From positions 1,952,001-2,016,000 of the forward strand of contig OZ241875.1 in NCBI GenBank assembly GCA_965203325.1: 64,000 nt of DNA, given 5' to 3'. The position numbers and the translations under genes are program-made. This document shows, piece after piece, positions 50,211 to 59,681 of the stretch. Origin of the DNA: a bacterium. GTDB taxonomy: Bacteria; UBA8248. The notes beneath the pieces are model-generated. The model worked only from the letters and a program-made list of their open reading frames with translations. It did not search any database and was not told the origin of the DNA. Numbering within the stretch: the first letter of the stretch is position 1; every line of letters starts with the position of its first letter.

Positions 50211-51380
50211 ATGGCAGAAGAAAAACCCCGCCAGTTCGTTGGAAGTGTGGAGTTCAAGAAGGGTCTCGAGGGGGCCATCACGAACGAGAGCGCCATCAGC
50301 TACGTGGATGGGGCGAACGGCAAGCTCATATACCGCGGATACAGCATCGACGACCTCTGCGCCGGAGGCGGTGGATACGAGGAAACGGCCTATCTGCTGC
50401 TGAACGGAAATCTGCCCACACAGGCGGAACTCGACGTCTTCAACGCGGATCTGGCCTTGCGCCGGCCCATCCCCCAGCCGGTGAAAGACCTGATCGTGCA
50501 GATCGCCGGCATGTGCCATCCCATGAGCACGCTGCGCACCGCCGTCTCCATGCTCGGCTGCCTGAACCCGAAGGAATTCGAGGTGACGGTGGAGAACGAT
50601 TACGACATCGCCCTCACGCTGACGGCGCAGTTCCCCACCCTCGTGGCGGCCATCCAGCGGGCGAGACGGGGCGAATTCCTCATCGAGCCCGACCCCGCGA
50701 AGGGACTCTCCGAGGATTTTCTCCGCATGATGACGGGCGAGACGCCCGACGCGCGCACCGTGGAGGTGATGGACATGGCCCTCATCATCCACGCCGAACA
50801 CGGCATGAACGCCTCCACCTTCTCCTCGATGGTCACGAACAGCTCCCTGACGGATTTCTACAGCTCCATCGTCGCAGGCATCGGCTCGCTCAAGGGGCCG
50901 CTGCACGGTGGCGCGAACGAGGCCACGCTGCGCACGTTCCAGGAGATTGGAGACCCCGCCACGACGGAAGGCTGGTTCGCCGAGGCGAAGACGAAAAAGG
51001 TGAAAGTGATGGGCTTCGGCCACCGCGTCTATAAGGCCTACGACCCGAGGGCGCGCCTGTTCGACCCCATCGCCAGGGAATTCTCCGAGCGCGCCGGCAC
51101 GAGCCATCTCTACGAGATCGCGAAAAAGCTCGAAGCCCTCGTGGTGGCGGACTTGGGCGGCAAGGGCATCTTCCCCAACGTCGATTTCTTCTCAGGCATC
51201 ATCTACGACGCCATGGGCATCGACACCGACATGTTCACGCCCATCTTCGCCGTGCCGCGCATCGCCGGGTGGTCGGCGCGCATTCTGGAGTACCTGCCGG
51301 ACAACCGGCTGTTCCGACCCCGCGCGGTCTACATCGGCGACCTGGAATCGCAGTACACGCCGATCGCCGAGCGCGGCTAG
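50211..51380 (+). CDS. Citrate synthase / 2-methylcitrate synthase family
   Basis: LIYRGY, HAEHGMNAST, GPLHGGAN, MGFGHRVY, PNVDF. Confidence 0.95.
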   Translation: MAEEKPRQFVGSVEFKKGLEGAITNESAISYVDGANGKLIYRGYSIDDLCAGGGGYEETAYLLLNGNLPTQAELDVFNADLALRRPIPQPVKDLIVQIAGMCHPMSTLRTAVSMLGCLNPKEFEVTVENDYDIALTLTAQFPTLVAAIQRARRGEFLIEPDPAKGLSEDFLRMMTGETPDARTVEVMDMALIIHAEHGMNASTFSSMVTNSSLTDFYSSIVAGIGSLKGPLHGGANEATLRTFQEIGDPATTEGWFAEAKTKKVKVMGFGHRVYKAYDPRARLFDPIAREFSERAGTSHLYEIAKKLEALVVADLGGKGIFPNVDFFSGIIYDAMGIDTDMFTPIFAVPRIAGWSARILEYLPDNRLFRPRAVYIGDLESQYTPIAERG

Positions 51381-51397
51381 ATTCAATAAGCAAGCCG

Positions 51398-51432
51398 AAA
51401 AGCGGCCTCTCGAACGGGGGCCGCTTTTTTTC
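51398..51432 (+). terminator. Intrinsic terminator
   Basis: AAAAGCGGCCTC...GGGGCCGCTTTTTT. Confidence 0.8.
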
Positions 51433-51486
51433 GTCTGGTTTTTCCAAAGGACTTCATGCGCAACCTGAAACAGAGGAGACATCTCC

Positions 51487-51912
51487 GTGGCGTTTGAAGA
51501 GGGCTTCGTGGTCGAGACGAAGGGGTTTACCGACGTTCTGAACGTCACCCCGCAGGTGGAGCGCGTCGTTTCGGCGAGCGGGGTGCAGAGCGGGATCGTC
51601 CTCGCCTTCACGCCCGGCTCGACGGCGGGCTTGACGACGATAGAGTATGAACCGGGGGCGGTTTCGGATTTGAAGGAGGCTATCGCCCGCATCGCGCCCG
51701 AGGGCATCGCCTATGCGCACGATGCGCGCTGGGGGGACGGTAACGGCTTCTCCCACGTCCGCGCCGCCCTGCTGGGGCCGAGCCTCGCCCTGCCCGTCCG
51801 GGAAGGCGCGCTCGTCACCGGCACCTGGCAGCAGATCGTCCTGGTCGATTTCGACAACCGCCCGAGAAGCAGGCGGGTGGAAGTGCAGGTGCTGGGGGTC
51901 AATCGCGACTGA
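51487..51912 (+). CDS. yjbQ: YjbQ family (secondary thiamine-phosphate synthase) protein
   Basis: GSTAGLTTIE.EP, DGNGFSHVRAALLG, GTWQQI...DFD. Confidence 0.9.
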   Translation: MAFEEGFVVETKGFTDVLNVTPQVERVVSASGVQSGIVLAFTPGSTAGLTTIEYEPGAVSDLKEAIARIAPEGIAYAHDARWGDGNGFSHVRAALLGPSLALPVREGALVTGTWQQIVLVDFDNRPRSRRVEVQVLGVNRD

Positions 51913-51940
51913 TGAAGGAGCGATTGCATGCGGATCAGTG

Positions 51941-52166
51941 GTAGGGACAGGTCGCGACCTGTCCCTACGAAAGCAAAAGATGAAACCCCTGGATTCTTCC
52001 CCCTCACCCTGAGTAGCGGCGAAGCCGCCTATCGAAGGGCGCATGTCTATTGTAGGGGTCGTATATTATGCGACCCGTGTTTTGTCGGTGAAAGGCCGGG
52101 CCGCATATATGCGGCCCCTACAATACCTTCGCGTTTTGGGTAGGGGCGGACCTGTGTGTCTGCCCA
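51941..52166. repeat. Cluster of GTAG-type REP palindromes
   Basis: GTAGGGACAGGTCGCGACCTGTCCCTAC; GTAGGGGTCG..CGACCC; GGGCCGCATATATGCGGCCCCTAC; GTAGGGGCGGAC..GTCTGCCC. Confidence 0.8.
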
Positions 52167-52211
52167 ATCGCTCGGACGAGAACCCGGACTCTCGCAGCGA
52201 AGTATGAAAGA

Positions 52212-52631
52212 CTAATCGTCGCCTTCGGCGAACTCCTCGAAGGTGTAGAACAGCCCGTCGAGCACGCGCGCGGCCTGCTCGTCCACGCCCGGCTTGTCGA
52301 GAGGCAGGTCGATGGCGTAGCGGAACACGCCGTCGTGGTAGTGCTCCACCTTGTGCTCTTCCTCCTCGCCCGCTTCCTCCATGCCGTCGTAGACGAAATC
52401 GTCAATCGGGTCCTTGCTGTCGAGGATGGCGAGTTCGATGTCCTCGTTCATGTAGCGGTCTTTGGTGGCGAAGCTGATGCGGAGTTTGCCCTCGGCCTCG
52501 TTCTTCACGAACTCGAACCAGCAGACCTCGTTCATGACGAGCCGGATGGAGCGGCCCGAAGGGTCGGGTTCGGGCGTGAAGCGGTCGTCTGCCGCGTAGC
52601 GCTTGATCATGCCTGTAATGATGTCTGCCAA
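52212..52631 (-). CDS. Acidic hypothetical protein
   Basis: 139 aa with host-like codon usage; GGAGG RBS; TTG start. Confidence 0.7.
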   Translation of the reverse strand: MADIITGMIKRYAADDRFTPEPDPSGRSIRLVMNEVCWFEFVKNEAEGKLRISFATKDRYMNEDIELAILDSKDPIDDFVYDGMEEAGEEEEHKVEHYHDGVFRYAIDLPLDKPGVDEQAARVLDGLFYTFEEFAEGDD

Positions 52632-52786
52632 AACAGGAGCCTCCCTGCGTCAGGTTTTGTAAAGTGTGTGGAAATCCAGTCTTGCCTCGTTCGGGGGGAA
52701 ATATAGCTTGGAGTCTTCGTTTCGCCAAGCGGCGCCGGGAGTCGGGAATGGCGTGCGACAGGAGCGGGTGAACCGGATAGGCGCGC

Positions 52787-52836
52787 AAAAAAAGTAGGGG
52801 TGAGCGGCGCGCCGTCGGCCACCACCGCTCACCCCC
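52787..52836 (-). terminator. Intrinsic terminator after tctC
   Basis: GGGGTGAGCGG..CCGCTCACCCC stem with a U-tract on the minus strand. Confidence 0.65.
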
Positions 52837-52858
52837 GATAATGCTTGGCCCTGTAAAC

Positions 52859-53839
52859 CTATTTCTTCATCGTCATGGCCTTGATGAGCTGCGTGTAGCC
52901 GTCGAAGTTCGGCTTTCTGCTCTTCTCGTAGTCCGCGCCGCTTACGAAAACCACGTTCTCGCCGATGCTGCGCATGAAGCGCTTGAAGGACTTGTTCTTC
53001 GTGAGCTTCTCGAATGCGTCCCGGAGCTTCTTCAGCCTGTCGGCGGGCGTCTTGGAAGGCGCCATGAAGATGCGGTCCATCGTGAAGCCCACGCCCTTGT
53101 AGCCGAGTTCCGTCGTGGTCGGGACTTCCTTGAAGTCCGGGTCCTTCGAGAGGCGCATATCGCCCGTGAGCGCGAGCACGGTGACTTTTCCGGCCTTCTT
53201 GTGGGGGCGAAGCTGGGTCGGGAAGGCGATGCCCACGTCGTCCTGGCCCGAGAGGACGGCGCGCAATGCGGGGCCGCCGCCTTTATGCGGGATGAAGTTC
53301 ACCTTGATGCCCGCCGCGCGCACGAACTGCATGGAGGGCACGTGGCCCGCGCCCCAGACGCCGCTGTGGCCCCAGTTGACCTTGCCGGGGTTTTTCTTGG
53401 CGTAGGCGACGAACTCCTTCATGTTCTTCCACGGCCTGTTCGCGAGCGAGAAGAACACCGGCTGCCCGTGGTTGATCTTGGCGACGGCCGAGAAATCGCG
53501 CAGCGTGTCGAAGGGCACCTTGCGGGTCTGCGGCAAGAGCTGGTCGAAGCCGTTGTGGGTGAAGAGCAGGGTGTAGCCGTCCGGCTTGGCCTTGGCGACG
53601 AAGCCGGTGCCCTTCATGCCCGCGCCGCCGGGCACGAGCTTCACGACCATGGGCTGGCCGAGAATGTCGGCGATGATGCTCGTGATGCCGCGCGCGTGGA
53701 GGTCGTGGCTGCCGCCCGCGCCCACGGGCAGGACGAGCGTGATGGGCCTGTCCGGATAGGCCGCCGTGCTCGCAGAGGGGGCTCCCAGCGCGACGACGAG
53801 GGCCAGCGCGGCCAGGATGACGAAGAAGCGTTTTTTCAT
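52859..53839 (-). CDS. tctC: Tripartite tricarboxylate transporter substrate-binding protein (Bug/TctC)
   Basis: Signal peptide; YPDRPITLVLPVGAGGSHD; PGGAG; AKPDGYTL; IPHKGGG. Confidence 0.92.
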   Translation of the reverse strand: MKKRFFVILAALALVVALGAPSASTAAYPDRPITLVLPVGAGGSHDLHARGITSIIADILGQPMVVKLVPGGAGMKGTGFVAKAKPDGYTLLFTHNGFDQLLPQTRKVPFDTLRDFSAVAKINHGQPVFFSLANRPWKNMKEFVAYAKKNPGKVNWGHSGVWGAGHVPSMQFVRAAGIKVNFIPHKGGGPALRAVLSGQDDVGIAFPTQLRPHKKAGKVTVLALTGDMRLSKDPDFKEVPTTTELGYKGVGFTMDRIFMAPSKTPADRLKKLRDAFEKLTKNKSFKRFMRSIGENVVFVSGADYEKSRKPNFDGYTQLIKAMTMKK

Positions 53840-53868
53840 GATGGTCTCCTTTGATGAATGTGCCCTCA

Positions 53869-55371
53869 TTAGGCGGCGGACCCCTTGGCGCGCTGCCACA
53901 TCGGGCGAAGAATGAGAAATGCGATCCACACCAGCGCCGCTATGAGAAAAGCGGACGCTATCGGACGCTGCAGGAACAGGTACGAGAACGGGGCCCCTTT
54001 CGCGTAAAGCATCGACTGACTCAAACGATACTCTATCGGCTCGGCCAGCACAAAAGCGATGATCAGGGGCGCCAGGTCGAACTTGAATTTTCTGAGAATA
54101 TAGGCGCATACACCGATGATGACCATCAGGATCACGTCGGTGTTCGCCCCCGTCGAGAGCGTGCCCACGAAGGCGAGCGCCACGATGACGGGGATGAGAT
54201 ACGCCTTTTTGAACTGGATGGCGCGGGCGAAGGGTTTCAGGAGAACGTAGCCCAGGAAGAAGAACAGCACGTTCGCCAGCACCATCGTGAGGATGAGGGC
54301 GTACATGAGCGCGCCCTGTTCCTGGAATATCTGGGGACCGGGCCGCATCCCGTGCGCCACGAACGCGCCCAGCAGGATGGCCGTCACGTTGTCTCCGGGG
54401 ATGCCGAGCGTCAGCAGGGGGACCAGCGTGGGGCCGTTCACGGCGTTGTTCGCGGCCTCGGGTGCTGCGACGCCGTCGAGTTCGCCCTTGCCGAAGTTCT
54501 CCGGATTCTTGGAGGCGCGCTTCGCCGCGCTGTAGCCGATGAAGGCGGCGACGACCTGCCCCACGCCCGGCACCATGCCGATGCCCGTCCCGATGGCGGT
54601 CGAGCGCAGGATGGAGCGTATCGACGCCTTGAACTCGCGCCAGCGCAGGCGCTCTCCCGCCTTGGCGAGGTCCACGTGCTCGCTGATGAAGCGCACGGTG
54701 CGCGTTTCGACCGCTTCGAGCACCTCGGGCATCGCGAAGATGCCGATCGCCAGCGGGATGAGGGGGATGCCACCGCTCAGGGCTTCGAGGCCGAACGTCA
54801 TGCGGGTGGCGCCGGTGGTGGCGTCGGTGCCGATGAAGCCGAGCCCCATGCCGATGCAGGCGGCGATGGCGCCCTTCAATCCTGAATCGCTCGATACGCT
54901 CGCGATGAGCACGAGGGAGAAGATGATGACGGCGAACACCTCGGGCGGCCCGATCAAGAGCGTGATGATGGCGATGGGGCCGATGAGCGCCAGCGTGAAG
55001 ATGTCGGACAGCGTATCGGCGATGGTGGAGGAGAAAAGCGCCATCTCGAGCGCCTTCCGCCCTTCGCCCTTGCGCGTGAGCGCGGGGCCGTCGAAGGTCG
55101 TGGCGATGGAGGCGCCCGTTCCCGGAATGCCGACCAGAATCGCCGGGATGCTGCCCCCGTAGATGCCGCCCTTGTAGATGCCGATCAGGAACGGGATGCC
55201 GAGCATGGGTTCGAGCTTGAAGGAAATCGGCAGGAGCACCGACATGGCGAGGATGGTGGTGAGGCCCGGCATCGCGCCCACGAACATGCCGATGGTCAGC
55301 CCCGCGCAGATGTAGAGATAGGTGTCCACGCGCATCAGGAGGGCGAAGGCTTGCAGGAAGGCGTCGAGCAA
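53869..55371 (-). CDS. tctA: Tripartite tricarboxylate transporter large permease
   Basis: GAMPGL, YGGSIPAIL..IPGT, APEAANNA, PLLTLGIPG, PGP. Confidence 0.95.
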   Translation of the reverse strand: MLDAFLQAFALLMRVDTYLYICAGLTIGMFVGAMPGLTTILAMSVLLPISFKLEPMLGIPFLIGIYKGGIYGGSIPAILVGIPGTGASIATTFDGPALTRKGEGRKALEMALFSSTIADTLSDIFTLALIGPIAIITLLIGPPEVFAVIIFSLVLIASVSSDSGLKGAIAACIGMGLGFIGTDATTGATRMTFGLEALSGGIPLIPLAIGIFAMPEVLEAVETRTVRFISEHVDLAKAGERLRWREFKASIRSILRSTAIGTGIGMVPGVGQVVAAFIGYSAAKRASKNPENFGKGELDGVAAPEAANNAVNGPTLVPLLTLGIPGDNVTAILLGAFVAHGMRPGPQIFQEQGALMYALILTMVLANVLFFFLGYVLLKPFARAIQFKKAYLIPVIVALAFVGTLSTGANTDVILMVIIGVCAYILRKFKFDLAPLIIAFVLAEPIEYRLSQSMLYAKGAPFSYLFLQRPIASAFLIAALVWIAFLILRPMWQRAKGSAA

Positions 55372-55383
55372 GTTCCTGGCTCC

Positions 55384-55962
55384 CTATTTCCCGAGAAAAA
55401 TGCCGGAGAGAAACTTCATGATGGCGTCCTCGACGACGGCGATGGCCTCGTAATCGCTCCTCGGCAGCGAGATGAGGAGCAGTCGTTCGAATATGAAGCG
55501 CACGACGATGGGCATCAGGACGGAGACGGAGGCGACGATCCATATCTGCCGGATGCCCAGATACCAGATGACCGCGCCCGCCATCAGAAGCGTCGAGAGG
55601 CCGTAGCCCAGCGCCGAAACGAGAAGAGAATAGGCGGCGATGACGACGATCATAACCACCCCGCGCCGGAAGCGTGCCGCTTCATCCGGGTTTGCGTCGG
55701 ATTGGACGTAGCGCGCCCTTCGCCAGGCGTCCAGCAAGTAGAACGCGCACAGGGCGGCCAGCACGGCGAAGGCGAGCCTCGGGAAGAAAACGGGCGTGAG
55801 GCGCAGGAAATCCTGCGCCGAGGTGATGCCGCCCGTCGCGATCAGGTAGGGCATGAAGACGGCGAAGCCCACAGAGAGGAGCATCATCGCCGCGGCCAGG
55901 TAAATTTCGAGACGCAGCATCGTGGGGCTTGGCGCGTTGGCCGATTCGTTGTCCGAAGCCAT
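55384..55962 (-). CDS. tctB: Tripartite tricarboxylate transporter small permease
   Basis: TM helices; P.FFP and F..LL.ISLP motifs; position upstream of tctA. Confidence 0.85.
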   Translation of the reverse strand: MASDNESANAPSPTMLRLEIYLAAAMMLLSVGFAVFMPYLIATGGITSAQDFLRLTPVFFPRLAFAVLAALCAFYLLDAWRRARYVQSDANPDEAARFRRGVVMIVVIAAYSLLVSALGYGLSTLLMAGAVIWYLGIRQIWIVASVSVLMPIVVRFIFERLLLISLPRSDYEAIAVVEDAIMKFLSGIFLGK

Positions 55963-56152
55963 GGGCCGTCCTGTCTCATGGGGCCTTTCGTTCCTGCCGA
56001 CCCCGAAGCGTTCTTCATCACTTGATGAAGTGGTTTTGTTCTACGGGTTTGCGTATTATTCCACCAATCGGCTGGCCGTAGCAAACTTTCACCCCATCCG
56101 TTCTCATGCGCGCGCCGCGGGCGTAAACCGAGGATTCCAGGAGAGAAGATTC

Positions 56153-56536
56153 ATGAAAATCATCAATTCCATGAGCGTGGACAAGGACAACGCCTATGAG
56201 CCTCCCTACTCCATCATGTGGGGGGTGAACGACGAGACAACGGATACCAGGGTCATGACCATGCAGCGCACCATCATCCCACCGGGCGGGAAGAACAAGA
56301 TGCACACCCACACGTGCGACGCGGTGTTTTACGTGAACAAGGGGCCCATCTACGTCTATTGCGGCGACCCGGAAAACCCCGAAAAAATCCTCGTCGAGGC
56401 GGGCCATTTCTGCTACGCGCCCGCGGGCGAGCCGCACGGGCAGGAGAACCCGAGCCAAACCGAGCCCGCCGAGCTCATCGCCACCTACGGGAACTGCTCC
56501 CACCAGGACAAGGCGGGCACGACCTTCGTGCAATAG
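56153..56536 (+). CDS. Cupin domain protein
   Basis: HTHTCD...G and PAGEPHGQEN cupin motifs. Confidence 0.85.
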   Translation: MKIINSMSVDKDNAYEPPYSIMWGVNDETTDTRVMTMQRTIIPPGGKNKMHTHTCDAVFYVNKGPIYVYCGDPENPEKILVEAGHFCYAPAGEPHGQENPSQTEPAELIATYGNCSHQDKAGTTFVQ

Positions 56537-56568
56537 CGTCTCACCAACCTTATGGATGGAGTCATGTA

Positions 56569-57309
56569 ATGGACCGAGGAATCTGGGCGTCCTGGTACGA
56601 CCTGCCCGATGAGAAAAAAGAAGACTACTGCGCGTGGCTGCATGACAAATACCTGCCGGCCATGCTCAGGCGATCTGGCTTCCTGTGGGCGGCGCATTAC
56701 GAGGTGGCCGGCGAAGGGGCGCAGATGGAACAGGTGAAGAACACGGCGCTCACCTACACCGCGCCCGGTGAGCTGCCCGGCGGCACGGGGTACGTGCTCC
56801 TCATCGGAGCGGTCTCCCCGCATGTCTTTTTCGACCCCACGCTCGCCGATATCGCGAAAGAATACGACGATGAGACGCGCGCCATGCTGGAAATTCGAGA
56901 AGGATATCGCGAGTGCATCTTCAGCGAAGAAGCCCGCGTCGACGGGCCCGACGTCGCCGCGAGAGGCCCCGGCATCACGCCCGGCCCCGCGATACAGATG
57001 GGGCAATTCATCTCCCGGGACACGGAGGCGGAGCACGACCTGGGCGCGTGGTACGCGCAGTATCGCCTGAAATTCATGGAGGGGATGCCCGGCTGCATCG
57101 GCGCGCGGAAGCTGCTCTCCGCCGCGGGCTGGGCCAAGCATTCGATCATGTATGAGTTCACCTCGCTCGAAGCGCGGGAGAAGGGCTTCCAGAAGCACGA
57201 GAGCCTCTCGCTCGATGAGAGCGGGTGGTCGGGCCGGGTGGTGAGATCGCTCGTCCACGCCCCCGGCAGCCCGAGCGTGGGCCGCCGCCTGTGGCCGCCG
57301 GTGAACTAA
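56569..57309 (+). CDS. Hypothetical protein with two EthD/DUF4286-like dimeric alpha-beta barrel repeats
   Basis: YCAWLHDKYLPAML..SGF and AWYAQYRL..MEGMPG. Confidence 0.6.
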   Translation: MDRGIWASWYDLPDEKKEDYCAWLHDKYLPAMLRRSGFLWAAHYEVAGEGAQMEQVKNTALTYTAPGELPGGTGYVLLIGAVSPHVFFDPTLADIAKEYDDETRAMLEIREGYRECIFSEEARVDGPDVAARGPGITPGPAIQMGQFISRDTEAEHDLGAWYAQYRLKFMEGMPGCIGARKLLSAAGWAKHSIMYEFTSLEAREKGFQKHESLSLDESGWSGRVVRSLVHAPGSPSVGRRLWPPVN

Positions 57310-57340
57310 GCCTTATAACCCGTATCGGGAGGAAACTTCG

Positions 57341-58027
57341 ATGGCGCAACTACCGATTCTGAGTGATGAAGAGGCAGGCCCCGAGGCTACCGTGGTGTTC
57401 GACGCGAGCCGCAAGATGTTCGGCCGCGTGGCGAACGCCATCCGCGTGAGTTCGGCCAGCCCGAGGATGCTCCAGCCGCTGTTCGGCTTTCTGATATCGC
57501 TGTGCCGGGCGGAGATTACCGACGTGTTGGATGCGAAGACGAAGGCGCTCCTGATCCTCAAGACCTCGATGGAAAACGGGTGTAAGTACTGAACGGCCCA
57601 CAACGTCACGTTCGGTCGGGCGTGCGGGCTGTCGGATGCACAGATTGACGCCGTGAGGGACGACGCGTATCAGGAATCGGACCTGTTCAACGACGCCGAG
57701 AAGGCGGCCATCGCCTGGGCCTATCACCTGACGAAATACACCTTCGCCCAGAACCCCGAGGCGCTTGAGAACATGAAGAAACACTACGATCACGCCCAGC
57801 TCGTGGAGGCGACGCTGGTGTCGGGTTATTTCAACATGTGGAACCGCTTCACCGACGCGCTCGAGACCGACATCGAAGGCGAGGATCAGATGACCCTGTT
57901 CACCAAATCCGCCGTGATCGACAAACAGGACCTGGCCGATTTCATGAACGAGTGCTGGTGGGCGAAAGAGGGCGCAGCCGAAGATGCGAAAGAAGCACTC
58001 CCGGCGTCCGCCGGTTCTGAGGGTTGA
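57341..58027 (+). CDS. AhpD/carboxymuconolactone decarboxylase-family selenoprotein (CxxU)
   Basis: ORFs 57341-57592 and 57653-58027 are in the same frame, joined by TGA (57590-57592) in NGCKY-U-TAH; a hairpin follows immediately. Confidence 0.85.
57593..57632 (+). promoter_or_regulatory. Putative bacterial SECIS element
   Basis: Lower stem ACGGCCC/GGGCTGT; upper stem CACGTTC/GGGCGTG; apical loop GGTC, 21 nt after the UGA. Confidence 0.7.
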
Positions 58028-58067
58028 TTTTTTAAGGGTCCACGGGAAGTGCGGGGCCGTTCTGCAA

Positions 58068-58793
58068 TCAGACGCCCAGGAAGCGGGATTTGATCTCCTC
58101 GTTCGCGGCGAGTTCATCCGGCGTGGAGGAATGCACCACGCGGCCCCGGTTCAACACATGCACGTAATCGCAGGCGGCGAGCGCGAACTTCATGTTCTGC
58201 TCGACCAGCAGGATGGCGAGCTTGCTCTCTTTCAGTTTCGAGAGCGTCTCCCCCATCGCGCGAACCAGAAGAGGCGCGAGCCCTTCGGTGGGTTCGTCCA
58301 GAAGAAGCATCTTCGGGTTCGTCATCAACGAGCGGGCGAAGGCCAGCATCTGCTGCTCCCCGCCGCTCAGCTGATTGCCCATGTTGCGCAGTCGTTCCTT
58401 GAGGCGCGGGAAGAGATCCAACACCCGTTCGAGGTTCCAGGATTCTTCGCCGCCGTCGGCGGGGCCTTCCTTTTCTCCGAGCAGGAGGTTCTCCATCACG
58501 GTGAGCGAGGGGAATATCCGCCTTCCCTGCGGCACGAGGGCCACGCCGAGGCTCACGATCTCGTGCGGTTGCAAGGCCGTGATGTCCGTGCCGTCGAAGG
58601 AAATTTTTCCCGTGCGCGGCTTCGTGAAACCGATGATGGAGCGGATGAGCGTGGTCTTGCCCATGCCGTTTCGTCCCAGCACGGCCATCACCTGACCCTC
58701 GGCGATTTCAAGGGAAAGCCCCTGGAGGACGTAGCTGTCTCCGTAATAGGTATGGATGTCGTCCACTTTCAGCATCGGGCCGTTGTCAGTCAT
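58068..58793 (-). CDS. livF: Branched-chain amino acid-type ABC transporter ATPase (LivF-like)
   Basis: GRNGMGKTT, LSGGEQQML, LLLDEPTEGLAP. Confidence 0.92.
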   Translation of the reverse strand: MTDNGPMLKVDDIHTYYGDSYVLQGLSLEIAEGQVMAVLGRNGMGKTTLIRSIIGFTKPRTGKISFDGTDITALQPHEIVSLGVALVPQGRRIFPSLTVMENLLLGEKEGPADGGEESWNLERVLDLFPRLKERLRNMGNQLSGGEQQMLAFARSLMTNPKMLLLDEPTEGLAPLLVRAMGETLSKLKESKLAILLVEQNMKFALAACDYVHVLNRGRVVHSSTPDELAANEEIKSRFLGV

Positions 58794-59568
58794 GGCCTAA
58801 GTATATCTCCTGCACGGTCTGGTTCGCCCGGACCTCTTCCTTGGGGCCGTCGGCGATGACTTCTCCCTCGTGCATGACCATGAGCTTGTCCACCAGTTCG
58901 AAGGCGACGTCCATGTCGTGCTCGATGATGAGCATCGTCATCTCCGGGTCGAGTTCCTTGAGCAGGGCAACCACCTCTGCGGATTCGGCGGGCGAGAGCC
59001 CGGCGGTGGGTTCGTCCAGAAGCAGCACCTTCGGGTTCTCGACCAGCGCGAGGGCGATTTCGATCTGCCTCTGGTAGCCGTGGGAGAGGTCTTTCACGAT
59101 GAGGTTTTGCATGTCCCAAAGATTCAGTTTCCGCATCATCTCCTCGGCCTTGTCGTAAATACGCCGATGGCTCTTGATGGTGCGGAGCATCGAGAACTTG
59201 GAGCGCTCCAGGGCCTGCGCCGCCAGCAGGACGTTGTCCAGTACGGACAAATTCGGGAACAGGTTGGTGATCTGGAAGGTCCGCGCCATGCCAAGATGGG
59301 TGCGCTGGTGGGTCGGCAACCGCGTGATATCCTCCCCGTAGAGATAAACCTTCCCGTGCGTCGGGTCGAGTTCCCCTGCTATCATGTTGAAAAACGTGGT
59401 TTTCCCCGCGCCGTTCGGGCCGATGATGCCCCGGCGTTCGCCGTTCTCCACGGCGAGGTCGACGTTGTTTACCGCGACGAGGCCGCCGAAGTGCTTGCCG
59501 AGTCCTTCTGCTTTCAGGCACGCGGCGGACCCGTTCGATCCCTGATGGGCTTCCTGCTCCAAGGCCAA
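58786..59568 (-). CDS. livG: Branched-chain amino acid-type ABC transporter ATPase (LivG-like)
   Basis: FGGLVAV, GPNGAGKTT, ARTFQ, LLLDEPTAG, IEHDM. Confidence 0.92.
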   Translation of the reverse strand: MALEQEAHQGSNGSAACLKAEGLGKHFGGLVAVNNVDLAVENGERRGIIGPNGAGKTTFFNMIAGELDPTHGKVYLYGEDITRLPTHQRTHLGMARTFQITNLFPNLSVLDNVLLAAQALERSKFSMLRTIKSHRRIYDKAEEMMRKLNLWDMQNLIVKDLSHGYQRQIEIALALVENPKVLLLDEPTAGLSPAESAEVVALLKELDPEMTMLIIEHDMDVAFELVDKLMVMHEGEVIADGPKEEVRANQTVQEIYLGHD

Positions 59569-59681
59569 CCTCCTTAGCGTCGTTCAGCTTGCCTCGGTGG
59601 GGCTGAGCGGACCACCGCGCGCGGTAGCGGGAAAATCCCCCTCCGCGCGCGATGGCCCTTGTTCAGGCGCTTAACCGGCCC

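Noticed and set aside
52859..55543. 894-aa ORF as a giant TctC fusion
   Set aside because: The N-terminal part is an off-frame overlap of tctA; the real tctC starts at 53839 with an RBS and signal peptide.
57653..58027. Separate 124-aa gene, or a CMD pseudogene
   Set aside because: Better explained as Sec readthrough, given the motif position and the hairpin.
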